From IMG/VR virus record IMGVR_UViG_3300027711_000008, positions 1-38,472 of that record: DNA of 38,472 nucleotides, one strand, 5' to 3'. The position numbers and the translations under genes are program-made. The notes under the pieces are model-generated. The model was not told the DNA's origin. It was given only the letters and a program-made list of their open reading frames with translations, and made no database searches. Positions within the stretch are counted from its first letter, which is position 1; every line of letters begins with the position of its first letter. This DNA is from a virus (Duplodnaviria; Caudoviricetes). This document shows, piece after piece, positions 9,190 through 18,891 of this stretch.

Positions 9190-10083
9190 ATGGCTGAGAG
9201 TAATAGAGTTCGCATAGCTTACAAAGCCGCAGGCGCACCCGTAACAGGATGGAAAACGCTCCGGCGCACAGGCGACAGCCTAACCGTTGGAACCGAAACC
9301 GTAGTATCAGACGAGATCCGAAGCGACCGGTTGCGCGGCGGCTCGAAAGTTGTCACGCAGACCGCCGGCGGCACGATTGATTTCGAGTTCAGCGCAACGT
9401 CGTATGACGAGATCCTGGAAGCGGCATTTATGGGCGCATGGACGAACAATGTGCTGGAAATCGGCACAACCACCGTAAAGCTGGACATCCTCAAGAGCTA
9501 TCTTGATGAGGCCCGGCACGTGCTGATTGAAAACTGCGAGATCAGCAATCTGCAAATCACGATGGACGCTGCATCGAAAATCACCGGGCAGATCACCGTC
9601 ATGGGCACCACCATCGATGATGACTACGCAATCACAACCGACGCATTCGCCGCACCGGGCACTAGCCTGATCATGGACAGCTCAAACAACCTTGGCAGCA
9701 TCCAGGTTGACGGATCACCCGTTGCGGGCGTTTGCTTCACTGGCATGGGCTTGACGCTGGATAACGGCCACAGCTCTGACCAGTGCCTTGGCACAGCGAC
9801 ACAGCAGCACTGGAAAGGCTCGGCAACCGTCACCGGAACCGTAGCCATGCGCAGTTCAGCCGCAGCGTTTACGTTGTGGGAGAACACCATCACGAACACG
9901 CCGGTCAAGCTGTCTTACGTCCTCACCGATGGCGCAAAGAGCTACACGTTTGAAGTTGCAGCGGCTCACCTTGCAGGCGACCTGCCGAGCGGTGGCCTGG
10001 ATGCAATATTGTCGTTTGATCTGACATTCACAGCGGCAACAGGTGCGGCAAGCGCTTACCTGAAGGTCACTCGCGTACCTTAA
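9190..10083 (+). CDS. Major tail tube protein
   Basis: 297 aa, LRRTGDSL..SDEIRSDR..GGTIDFEFS pattern; GAGGT RBS. Confidence 0.85.
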   Translation: MAESNRVRIAYKAAGAPVTGWKTLRRTGDSLTVGTETVVSDEIRSDRLRGGSKVVTQTAGGTIDFEFSATSYDEILEAAFMGAWTNNVLEIGTTTVKLDILKSYLDEARHVLIENCEISNLQITMDAASKITGQITVMGTTIDDDYAITTDAFAAPGTSLIMDSSNNLGSIQVDGSPVAGVCFTGMGLTLDNGHSSDQCLGTATQQHWKGSATVTGTVAMRSSAAAFTLWENTITNTPVKLSYVLTDGAKSYTFEVAAAHLAGDLPSGGLDAILSFDLTFTAATGAASAYLKVTRVP

Positions 10084-10175
10084 CCAGTTTGCGCCCCTTG
10101 GCTGTTTGTCCCGTGGCCTTGGGTGCGCTCTAAATAACGGGACAGTTTATCAACGGGATAATTGAGGTAATTGTT

Positions 10176-10601
10176 ATGGCTTACGTGTTCAAGAAGTACG
10201 ACGACAGCAAAAAAGAGAAAGGCGCTTGGGTAAACATTGACGGCGGGCGCTTCAAAATTGCATCAATCTCAACATCTGCTGTCGAGCGGAAAAACGAAGA
10301 GATACGCGAGCGCAACGAACGCGAATACGGCAAAAGCCGCCCACCGCTTGAAGTGCAGATCGCCGACGACGCAGAGGCTATCTCTGAGGCTTTGCTGCAC
10401 GACTGGGAGGGCATTGTTGCTGAAGATGAGGCCGGCGAAGAAGTGCCGGTGCCGTTCACTCGCGAAAACGCCTACGAGCTTTTGCTGAACGATGACCCGC
10501 TGCGAAAGCGAATCTTGCTTGAGTCTCAGAATATGGCGAACTACCAGCGGGAGCGGGTGGCTAAGCAAGCAAAAAAGCGGCGGAATACCTCAAGTTCCTG
10601 A
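10176..10601 (+). CDS. Tail assembly chaperone (gpG-like)
   Basis: Between tube and TMP; LLHDWEGI, VPFTRENAYELL; slippery site near 3' end. Confidence 0.8.
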   Translation: MAYVFKKYDDSKKEKGAWVNIDGGRFKIASISTSAVERKNEEIRERNEREYGKSRPPLEVQIADDAEAISEALLHDWEGIVAEDEAGEEVPVPFTRENAYELLLNDDPLRKRILLESQNMANYQRERVAKQAKKRRNTSSS

Positions 10602-10876
10602 AGGAGTGGAAAGGCGACCGGGAGCAGTACGCCCTGGTTGCCAGGCTACTAGAGGTAGACGAGCCGCCACCAGAACTCGATGAGCGAACAGCCTTCTGGA
10701 TCAATGCTTTCAACCTGCTGTGCCGAGGCAGGCCGCAGGCGATGAGCGGTATCCCCTGCCTGCCACCGCTCGACATTCTGGACACGGCAGAGCGCCTTGG
10801 GTGGCCGTGTGAGCCATACGAGTGCATCGAGGTCATTACCGCTATGGACGATCAGTGGCGGGACTTGAATGCCTGA
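10571..10876 (+). CDS. gpT-like C-terminal extension of tail chaperone made by -1 frameshift
   Basis: A-AAA-AAG at 10571-10577; -1 frame open for 99 codons (AAEYLKFLKEW...AFNLLCRGR...ITAMDDQWRDLNA) to TGA 10874-10876. Confidence 0.8.
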   Translation, partial: KKAAEYLKFLKEWKGDREQYALVARLLEVDEPPPELDERTAFWINAFNLLCRGRPQAMSGIPCLPPLDILDTAERLGWPCEPYECIEVITAMDDQWRDLNA

Positions 10877-10904
10877 CCTTCTCTCCCTTCTTGTGTAAGA
10901 TAAA

Positions 10905-11216
10905 TTGAATGCGGGCAAGGGAGAAATGGTGATGCAGATAGCTATATTTGTGGTTCTGGTAATTATAGCCTTGGTGCTTGCGCCTTGGCTGATTGGCGTT
11001 GCTGCGGCATTGGTGGCTGCCTACGGCGTGATTATTGTCGTTTTGGGAGGCATAGCCATTCTTTCGGGCATTGCTGTCGTTTTATGGGTGGTGATGACGG
11101 ACAGAGAGCCGGCCGAGTCGCCCCCTTTAGTGGGAGCTAGGACAAGTTGTCGCTATTGCCAGGCCGAGATATCGTCCAGCTTGGCATTCTGCGACAACTG
11201 CCACCACGAGCAGTAG
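10905..11216 (+). CDS. Moron-like membrane protein with C-terminal zinc ribbon
   Basis: Long hydrophobic stretch, CRYC..CDNC; own terminator; start may be 10926 or 10932. Confidence 0.65.
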   Translation: MNAGKGEMVMQIAIFVVLVIIALVLAPWLIGVAAALVAAYGVIIVVLGGIAILSGIAVVLWVVMTDREPAESPPLVGARTSCRYCQAEISSSLAFCDNCHHEQ

Positions 11217-11233
11217 CCTAGAAACATCGAACG

Positions 11234-11260
11234 AAGCCCGCCATTGAGCGGGTTTTTTTT
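11234..11260 (+). terminator. Intrinsic terminator
   Basis: AGCCCGC-CATTGA-GCGGGTT plus long T tract. Confidence 0.8.
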
Positions 11261-11281
11261 ATGCCCAAATTTGAGGTCGCC

Positions 11282-14200
11282 ATGGCATATTCTTCTCGCT
11301 TGGAGTTAGTCGTTGATTCGCGCACAGGCGAAGCACGGCTGCGCAACTTTCGCACAGAACTTGGTCGAACCGAGCGTGCCGGTAGCAGTGCAGGCGAAAC
11401 CATTGGCCGGACCTCCCGCCAGATTGACGGCATGGCGACCGTCACGCAGACCGCAACCCGAGCACTGACTGGCTTGGCCGGGGCGCTAAGCATTCGCGAG
11501 GTTATCCGTTACAGCGATGCCTGGACAAGCGCAGGCAACCGCATCCGCGTTTACACCGACAGCGTTAGCGAGATGCAGCAAGTTCAGAGCCGACTCGTAT
11601 CAGCAGCAAGGGATACCCGTTCAAGCTTTGAGGCGACTGCCGACCTCTATGCAGCCCTCGCCCGGTCCAACGACGAGCTTGGCCTGTCGCAAGATAAGCT
11701 GATTGAGCTGACCTCAACCATCAATAAAACCTTTGCACTCTCTGGCGTCGAGGCTCAGGCCGCAGCGGGCGCTATTCGCCAGCTCGGGCAGGGCTTGGCG
11801 GCGGGTGCGCTTCGCGGTGACGAGTTTAACTCCGTAGCTGAGCAAGCGCCGGACATTATGCGGGCCATTGCGCAGTCTCTCGGCATGGCTATTGGCGATT
11901 TGCGCGAGTTTGCGGCCACTGGTGGCATCACCGCTGAAATCATCGTGAACGCGCTCTCAGAAGCTCGGGAAGAAATTGACGGAAACTTTGCCCGGTCAAT
12001 CGCCACTTTTGGCCAGAACCTAGAGAACGCGCAAACCAACCTGATTGAATTTGTCGGCACCTCGGACACCCTGGCAGGGGCAACCTCGGCTTTGGGCGGC
12101 ACTATTGAAACCCTGAGCGAAAACCTAGAGACCATCGCCGACATTGCAGTGGTAGCGGGCACGGTATTCGCGGGCCGCTTGGCCGGTGGTGCAGCCGCAG
12201 CAGGCGCATCAATGGCCGCCGCTCAAGTTCAGGCGCTGAGGTATCAAGCCGCTCTTGCGTCTATGGCGGGAGCCTCCCGAGTGGCGGCAGCCGGGCTTGG
12301 CACCTTGGCGGCCGCTGCGCGCGGGGCAAGCGGTGCAATGGCATTTCTCGGCGGCCCCGTGGGCTTGGCTGTTATCGCAGCCGGATCGCTATTTTATTTC
12401 CGGGATGAAATCTGGAAGTCTGCCGAGGCCACCAAAGGGCTTAAAGAGCAGCTCGACGGCGCGGCTGAGTCAATGGATACGTTTACAAAAGCGGGCCTTG
12501 AGAGTCGCAGGGCCGAGCTATCGGCGCAGCTTGAGGACATGCGAGCTAAAGCGACCGCTCTCGCAAAAGAGCTTGAGGCTAAGCGGCTCGCAAATGTCAT
12601 GTACCAAGGTCGCCCCGGCGCAAACCCAAGAATGGAAGGCACGATAAACCGAGAGCTGCAAACAGCTCAGGCTGACATGCTGCTGCTTGAAAACGCCATA
12701 GGCGATGTGGATAACAGCCTTGATCGGCTAGGCGAAACACAGGGCAAGACCGGTAAAACCACCGAACAACTCGCCCGCGAGGCCCGCAATCTGGCCGAGG
12801 CCTGGTACAGCGTCCGAGAATCGACCGGCGATGCGCTGGACTCGATGATGGAGCGCCTTGGGCTAATTGGCGAAGGTACAATTCAATTCCGCCGCGACAT
12901 GGAGCTGGTGCAGAAAGCCTTCGCCTTGGGGCTGATTGACGAGGCTCAGGCGGACGCCATTGCGAACGCAATGAACGATCCGAAGCACTGGGAAGAAGCC
13001 GGCAAAAAGTCCGGCGAAGAGTTCTCACACGGCTTCGAGTCCCAAGTTGACCGAGTAGCTGATAGCCTGCAAGACGCCATAGCATCCGGCAACTGGGCAG
13101 GTATTGGCGCGACCATTGGCGCAACGCTGGCATCCAGTGCCGCGCAGGTCATGGGCGACCAAGTGGCGGGCAGTCTTGGGCAGGGTATTGCTGGCGCTAT
13201 CGGCGGCCCCATCGTGGGCGCGATTGCAGGCGGGCTTGTTGGGTTGGCCGCGCAGAAGATCAGCGACTACTTCAGTGACGACTGGGATCCAACCGAAATG
13301 CGTCAAGCCGCGCAAGGAACCGGCACGCTACTTGGCTCCATTAGCGAGAAGTCTCAAAGCATCAGCAAAGGCATGGACGTTACCGCATCGGCAACCAGCC
13401 AGCTTGTGGGAATTAACCGATCCATGCTGCGGGCAATGGAGCAGGTGAACATTGGCATCCAGGGTGCATCTGCAAGGGTGGCGCGGGGTGCATCTGGAGT
13501 GTCGTTTGGCGCTCCGTCAGCGGGCGGCCTGTCCGGCTCTGATTTCAATATTACCGGTGGCGTCATGCCACTGATAGACGGAACCCTTAACGCGGCATTT
13601 GAGTTTTTCGACGGCGCGATAGACCTGTTCACGTTCGGCTTGATTGATCTCGGCAAATTGCTGGGCGGAAAATCCCGTCAGGTAGACGAAGGCGTCAACA
13701 TCGTCGGCGGCTACATTGGCGACCTTGTTGATGACGTTGTGGTTCAGTCCTTCGCCACCTTCAGAGTTAAGAAAAACGTTTTCAGCAGCACCAAGACCAA
13801 AGAGAAGTACCAGAATCTCGGCGACGAAGTAACCGATCAATTCAGTCTCGTGTTCGAGAGCATACTGGATAGCGTGGTGGCTGGCGCAGGCGCACTAGGC
13901 ATTGACGCATCAGCAGCCAGCGGGTTTAGAGTTGGCACCCAGAAGCTGAGCCTTGAGGGGCTGAACGCTGAGCAACAGCAGAAAGAGCTTGAGGCTTATT
14001 TCAGCACTGTATTCGACAGGCTTTCTGCTTATACCGTGCCGTGGTTGGGTGAGCTCCAGCGTGCCGGCGAAGGTCTAGGTGAGACGCTGGCAAGGGTGGC
14101 GACTCAAACGCAAACTACCCAGTACGCGATTGACGCGATGGGCATCCGCTTTGACGACCTGGCAGGCCGTGAGCTTGTGGCGGCTTCCGAGCGCCTGATT

Positions 14201-14971
14201 GAGTTCAGCGGCGGTCTTGAGCAGTTTATCAGCGGTATGCAGGGCTTTATCAGCAACTTTGCTACCGAGGCGCAGCAGTTTGAGCTTGCACAGTCGAATC
14301 TAAACAAAGCCATGCGCGAGGCTAACTTGATATTGCCCGACACGCGTCAGGGCTACTATCAGCTCATGCAAGCGCAGAACGGCAGCACCGAGCAAGGAGC
14401 CGAAAACATCGCAACGCTACTTCGGTTGCAGGGCGTGGCGGATCAGTATTATTCGTCTCTCGAAGATCAGTCTAAGAGCTTTGTTGAGACGCAAAAGCAA
14501 GCCCTGCAAAGCCAAGTCTCGCTTCATCGCAGCGCTCTGAGCTCGGCGCAGCGCATGGCCGATTCGGTAGCGGACGCACTGTCCGGGATGATGATTGGCA
14601 CGCCCGCAGCCGCAAGAGTGCGTCGAGAAGATGCCCTGTCCAGCCTGTCGGGCATGGTTAGCCGTGGGCGGGTTCGAGACACTGACGATTTGTCCGGCGC
14701 TCTAAGCTCCGCCACCAACATCAATGCCAATGACTACGCCAGCCTTAACGATTACATCCGCGAAGTTGCCCGCACAGGTGCTGTGCTGACGAACTTGCAG
14801 AAGGTGACGGATAAGCAGGTTTCCGCAGAGCAAAGGTCGCTTGAGGCTATTGAGAAAACGCTTGAACGGATGCAGCAACAAAGTGACGCACAGCAAACGG
14901 CTATCGCAAAACACACGGCGAAGACCGCCAAAATCCTTGAAAGAATTGAAATTGAGGGCGCGCCGCTGTGA
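11282..14971 (+). CDS. Tape measure protein
   Basis: ~1230 aa, Ala/Gly-rich helical; QLGQGLAAGALRGDEFNSVAEQAP tape-measure motif; GAGGT RBS before ATG 11282. Confidence 0.93.
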   Translation: MAYSSRLELVVDSRTGEARLRNFRTELGRTERAGSSAGETIGRTSRQIDGMATVTQTATRALTGLAGALSIREVIRYSDAWTSAGNRIRVYTDSVSEMQQVQSRLVSAARDTRSSFEATADLYAALARSNDELGLSQDKLIELTSTINKTFALSGVEAQAAAGAIRQLGQGLAAGALRGDEFNSVAEQAPDIMRAIAQSLGMAIGDLREFAATGGITAEIIVNALSEAREEIDGNFARSIATFGQNLENAQTNLIEFVGTSDTLAGATSALGGTIETLSENLETIADIAVVAGTVFAGRLAGGAAAAGASMAAAQVQALRYQAALASMAGASRVAAAGLGTLAAAARGASGAMAFLGGPVGLAVIAAGSLFYFRDEIWKSAEATKGLKEQLDGAAESMDTFTKAGLESRRAELSAQLEDMRAKATALAKELEAKRLANVMYQGRPGANPRMEGTINRELQTAQADMLLLENAIGDVDNSLDRLGETQGKTGKTTEQLAREARNLAEAWYSVRESTGDALDSMMERLGLIGEGTIQFRRDMELVQKAFALGLIDEAQADAIANAMNDPKHWEEAGKKSGEEFSHGFESQVDRVADSLQDAIASGNWAGIGATIGATLASSAAQVMGDQVAGSLGQGIAGAIGGPIVGAIAGGLVGLAAQKISDYFSDDWDPTEMRQAAQGTGTLLGSISEKSQSISKGMDVTASATSQLVGINRSMLRAMEQVNIGIQGASARVARGASGVSFGAPSAGGLSGSDFNITGGVMPLIDGTLNAAFEFFDGAIDLFTFGLIDLGKLLGGKSRQVDEGVNIVGGYIGDLVDDVVVQSFATFRVKKNVFSSTKTKEKYQNLGDEVTDQFSLVFESILDSVVAGAGALGIDASAASGFRVGTQKLSLEGLNAEQQQKELEAYFSTVFDRLSAYTVPWLGELQRAGEGLGETLARVATQTQTTQYAIDAMGIRFDDLAGRELVAASERLIEFSGGLEQFISGMQGFISNFATEAQQFELAQSNLNKAMREANLILPDTRQGYYQLMQAQNGSTEQGAENIATLLRLQGVADQYYSSLEDQSKSFVETQKQALQSQVSLHRSALSSAQRMADSVADALSGMMIGTPAAARVRREDALSSLSGMVSRGRVRDTDDLSGALSSATNINANDYASLNDYIREVARTGAVLTNLQKVTDKQVSAEQRSLEAIEKTLERMQQQSDAQQTAIAKHTAKTAKILERIEIEGAPL

Positions 14972-16839
14972 AGCTAATCAAGCCGATTGACGGGATTGAA
15001 AATGTAACCACCAGCGATGCGCCTCCTGATGGCTTTCAGGCGTGGGAGCCTGACGGGCGACTGAACAGCTTTCCCGATGACCAGCTGCTATCTGTTGGCG
15101 GAAACTTTGCGTTCTACGCTCCGTTATCGGTTAGCAACAAAACGATCAGCATATACGATCTGGCAACTGGTGATGTTGATTCGACGGTTACTGATTCTGC
15201 CATCCGCTATATTTCCGAGCTTTCGGCAAGCCCGGACGGCACCCTGATTGCTTACGGGTATAGACTGGATAACGGCGACTCTGGCGTCAAGGTTTATGAC
15301 ACGTCGTCATCACAGGTCGTTTATAACCGGGTGGCGCAAGGCACCAATGGCGTTATCTCATGGGCGTCAGACTCGTCTGCCATCGTCTACTATGATCGAT
15401 CTTTCGCGTTCCTGTACTGCGTTAAAGCGGAGTCGGTTACCTGGGGGTCTCCGGCCGTATCTGCTAACTTGCTGGACGAGTCTGGGCTAACTGTGTCAGG
15501 CATCGTGGCGATTTCACTGCAAACGCCAAGGCTCAGTGATGCGGGAATTGTTTTTACCGTCTATCGTGCCACAGAAAACCAATCCAGTGGTGGCGACACT
15601 GCCGTTGTGCTATCGCGCCTATCGCCTGCCATGGCGGTTACTCATACGCAGCTGCTACCGACATCAATTTACCCTCAAGGCATTCTTGCAAATGAGGTTA
15701 GATCAGAAGTCGCCATCATCCACGGCGGCACTGGGGCAAGCTTCTTTAATTACGCCGATTTAAATCCAATAGGCACTCCGGCGACAATTTCCGGAACGGC
15801 TTACAAGGGTCTCTCTGTGTCTCTGGATGGCGCTGAATTTACGCTTCAGGCAAGCTCCGTACAGCCGTACAACCGGACGTTTTCGCTAACCGATTACTCG
15901 GAGCTGACAGCCATGCCGGCGGTTGGCGGTTACGCCGATATTTACTACGCGACGGATTATTTTCTTGGGGTCAATAGGGATGGCACTTATGACATCGTTG
16001 ACCTAGCAACCAATGCCCTGATCACTCAGTCCAACCCCACCGTCACCGCCGGCGACATATACATATACCAAGATCACGTATATGAAGCACTAAAGGACGG
16101 GAACGACAAGCCTGACGCTGGTACGCTAATGGATCCACCAACTTGGCTGGACAGGGGCTTTATAAACCCGCTGCGTATGTTCGACGGCAAGCTAGACAGC
16201 CTAACCACTGCCGACGGAATCCTAACCATTACCGTAAATTCCGGCACGCTCAATAACGGCTTGGCGCTGTTTAACGTCGGCGCGGCAACTGTTCGGGTGG
16301 TCATGGAGGACGACACGGCAGGGGTGGTTTACGACACCGAAGAAATCGCCATGCGCGATAACTCCGTTGTCCTTGGCTGGCATGATTACTTTTTCACTCC
16401 ACGGCCTGCAAAAAAGGACTTGGCGCTTATCGACCTGCCGACTTACCCTGGCGCTGAAATCACCGTAACGATTAGCGCGCCGGGTACAACTGTGGAGCTT
16501 GGAGAGATTGTACTAGGCCGAGTGCAAACACTAGGCGAAACACAGTACAGCTCAAACGTAGGAATCATCGACAGCAGCCGAAAAGAGCGCGATCAGTTCG
16601 GAAACTACAGCGTGCTGGAGCGCCCATTTAGCAAGCGGGCGGAGTATGATGTACACATAATGAGGGCGGCTACTTCTGGTGTTCAGCGCATCTTGGCAGG
16701 CTATCGAGCCACGCCTATTGTCTATATCGGCAACATCGAAGAAGAGGCGCTAATCGTGTTCGGGTTCTACAGGGATTTCCAGATCAATTACGACAATTTT
16801 AGCATCAGTCACGCAACCATAACCGTCGAGGGTTTATAA
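14968..16839 (+). CDS. Tail tip/distal tail protein with inserted beta-rich (propeller-like) domain
   Basis: Follows TMP; SASPDG / ISWASDS / VSLDG blade-like motifs; C-terminal NPLRMFDG...RKERDQFGN...VFGFYRDF core. Confidence 0.6.
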   Translation: MKLIKPIDGIENVTTSDAPPDGFQAWEPDGRLNSFPDDQLLSVGGNFAFYAPLSVSNKTISIYDLATGDVDSTVTDSAIRYISELSASPDGTLIAYGYRLDNGDSGVKVYDTSSSQVVYNRVAQGTNGVISWASDSSAIVYYDRSFAFLYCVKAESVTWGSPAVSANLLDESGLTVSGIVAISLQTPRLSDAGIVFTVYRATENQSSGGDTAVVLSRLSPAMAVTHTQLLPTSIYPQGILANEVRSEVAIIHGGTGASFFNYADLNPIGTPATISGTAYKGLSVSLDGAEFTLQASSVQPYNRTFSLTDYSELTAMPAVGGYADIYYATDYFLGVNRDGTYDIVDLATNALITQSNPTVTAGDIYIYQDHVYEALKDGNDKPDAGTLMDPPTWLDRGFINPLRMFDGKLDSLTTADGILTITVNSGTLNNGLALFNVGAATVRVVMEDDTAGVVYDTEEIAMRDNSVVLGWHDYFFTPRPAKKDLALIDLPTYPGAEITVTISAPGTTVELGEIVLGRVQTLGETQYSSNVGIIDSSRKERDQFGNYSVLERPFSKRAEYDVHIMRAATSGVQRILAGYRATPIVYIGNIEEEALIVFGFYRDFQINYDNFSISHATITVEGL

Positions 16840-18234
16840 ATGTCCGCACCACAGATTACACCACTGCCCCTGGCCCCGAGTCCGAGCGATCCGGGCGATG
16901 TATTTGACGCTAAGGCGTTCGCTCTTACTAGCGCCTGGCCGGACTTTATAAATGAGACGAATGCAGCGGCAAACTACATTGAAGGCGGCGTTGATGCCGT
17001 TGCTGATAGCATAGCAGGAGCAACTGATACAGCCATAAACGCCGCCCAATCGGCCGCATCGGCTGCTTCCGCATCGCAGGTCGCACAATACGCAAGCGAG
17101 GCATCGAGCGCGACAGCAGTTGGCGCGGCTAATTTTAAAGGGAGCTGGGCAGGCTTGTCTGGGCCGCTTGGCCTGCCCTCTAGCGTCGAGCATGATGGGT
17201 ATTTCTGGGTTTTGCTTGAGAGTGTTTCCGACGTAACGGCGCACGAGCCGGGTGCAGGTGGAAAATGGCAGATAATCTCGTCCCCAACGATACGCGAGAG
17301 ACTGCTCAAAGAAGCCACACTCAACCTAGACTTTGCTAACAACAAGTATGAGGTGTATGAAGGCCCAGTCAGCGGCATGACCGCCAAGCCTTTCAATGAC
17401 ATTCTGAATTTCACCCGATCCAGTGGAGCAACTGCCAAAACTGCTACAGGAGGCATTACTGATGTCCTGACAGGCGAGCAACGGCTTGTTGGTAATCGTG
17501 AGGGGCTGCTGATTGAGGGGCAGCGGACTCGACTTAATACGATTGCTGCCGCACCAACAGCACCTGAAAATGTCACAGTGGCGGCAGCCGCTCACACGAT
17601 CAGCTTTTACGGTACTGGTTCAGTAGGTTTGACTGGAGTTGCCACTGATACGCTTGTCGGAACGGGCGCTAATGATCGTGTGACTCTTACTTTTACACCT
17701 ACGGCTGGCACCCTGACCCTGGCCCCATCCGGCACAGTGGCAGACTTACAATTAGAGGTTGGAAGAAATGCCAGCTCGGTTATCCGTGGTGAAGGCACCC
17801 AAGTAACCCGCGCTGCTGATAAATGTAGTCGGGCGTTGGGTGCTGAGTTTAATCAACAAGAAGGGACATTTTTGTTGGAATTTACTCCTGCTGGTGAGTT
17901 TGAGCCTTCGTATATCTTGACCGATGGCGCAAGCCGTAGAGTGTTTTACACGTTATCCAGCACCGCTCTTGTTGCTTATGATGGGAGCACGACAGTTAGT
18001 ATTAACGGACTTACTTTGCTGACATCGAATAAAGCCGCTTTGTCATTTTCTAAATCCGGCGCTCAGATGGCCCTTAACGGAGCAGCTAACGCAAAAAATA
18101 ACGGTTTTTCGTTTTCCGCATTTTCTGCTTTAGATTTTTTTATCTCTCGGTCCGGAACTATCTCAGCTTTCCAGTACTTCCCCCGTGCCCTAACCGAAGC
18201 CGAGATCATCGACCTAACAACACCGGGGGCTTAA
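16840..18234 (+). CDS. Tail fibre / receptor-binding protein
   Basis: ITPLP..PSPSDP..FDAKA N-terminus, Ala/Ser coiled segment, FTRSSGAT..GLLIEGQRT..QLEVG..VTRAAD domain, YFPRALT end. Confidence 0.7.
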   Translation: MSAPQITPLPLAPSPSDPGDVFDAKAFALTSAWPDFINETNAAANYIEGGVDAVADSIAGATDTAINAAQSAASAASASQVAQYASEASSATAVGAANFKGSWAGLSGPLGLPSSVEHDGYFWVLLESVSDVTAHEPGAGGKWQIISSPTIRERLLKEATLNLDFANNKYEVYEGPVSGMTAKPFNDILNFTRSSGATAKTATGGITDVLTGEQRLVGNREGLLIEGQRTRLNTIAAAPTAPENVTVAAAAHTISFYGTGSVGLTGVATDTLVGTGANDRVTLTFTPTAGTLTLAPSGTVADLQLEVGRNASSVIRGEGTQVTRAADKCSRALGAEFNQQEGTFLLEFTPAGEFEPSYILTDGASRRVFYTLSSTALVAYDGSTTVSINGLTLLTSNKAALSFSKSGAQMALNGAANAKNNGFSFSAFSALDFFISRSGTISAFQYFPRALTEAEIIDLTTPGA

Positions 18235-18235
18235 C

Positions 18236-18499
18236 ATGCAACCAGACATCATAGGCACCATATACAAGCCCACCGGCGAAACCGACAGCGAGGGCGTTCC
18301 AGTGTTAGCGCCCATTGACGGTTATCACGTTAACTACCCTGCTGACGTTCCCGAGCTGGCACAGTACAAGTGCGACCCTCAACCTGTGACGCCTTATCGG
18401 GTGTACGCCGGGATTATGCCGGTGTGTTACGTCTTCCCGGATGAGGATGCGTTCAGAGAGCTTTTTCCAGCAACCCAAAACCAAAATGTAACCATTTGA
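18236..18499 (+). CDS. Small tail-fibre-associated hypothetical protein
   Basis: IGTIYKPTGE...GYHVN...PVTPYRVYAG; directly after fibre gene. Confidence 0.6.
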   Translation: MQPDIIGTIYKPTGETDSEGVPVLAPIDGYHVNYPADVPELAQYKCDPQPVTPYRVYAGIMPVCYVFPDEDAFRELFPATQNQNVTI

Positions 18500-18501
18500 T
18501 A
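18489..18501. promoter_or_regulatory. IHF consensus site at the convergent operon junction (possible attP remnant)
   Basis: TAA-CCAT-TTGATA matches YAANNNNTTGATW. Confidence 0.35.
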
Positions 18502-18570
18502 TTTAAAAGGGTAGTGGCTGGCGAACGCTGGATATACCCTCACTGATACCCGCATTCGCCGCCGCTTGGG

Positions 18571-18891
18571 TCATCGCTTGAAATGCTCGTCGCTGCATTC
18601 GTCGCACAGCAATACGGCGTTCGATAGCACGCTTTCAAATCTGCACCCGCAATCACCAATGTCGTCCGGTAGTTGCAGCCGCGCTCTGATTTGACGCACA
18701 AAGTTGGAGGCGAATTCGGGATTTTCATTACACACTCTGGCTATCTCTTCCGCATCACTCTTTGTCAGCCCTTTAATAGGCTCATCCTCGTAGCCGAATA
18801 CATTAAGTCCTGCAACTCCAAAAATTTTTTCACCTACCGTTATCGGGTAGGGCTGATAAATATACGCCTTGTTTGGTTCCGCTTTCATCAC
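18571..18891 (-). CDS. Hypothetical protein, C-terminal Cys cluster
   Basis: Overlap-coupled last gene of leftward operon. Confidence 0.55.
   Translation of the reverse strand: MMKAEPNKAYIYQPYPITVGEKIFGVAGLNVFGYEDEPIKGLTKSDAEEIARVCNENPEFASNFVRQIRARLQLPDDIGDCGCRFESVLSNAVLLCDECSDEHFKR

Noticed and set aside
4806-11260. Similar GCCCGC/GCGGG hairpins at 4806, 8297, 9132 and 11234 as a novel repeat family
   Set aside because: Adequately explained as ordinary intrinsic terminators in a late operon read through by antitermination
16840-18499. Diversity-generating retroelement or invertible tail fibre system
   Set aside because: No reverse transcriptase, template/variable repeat pair or invertase seen
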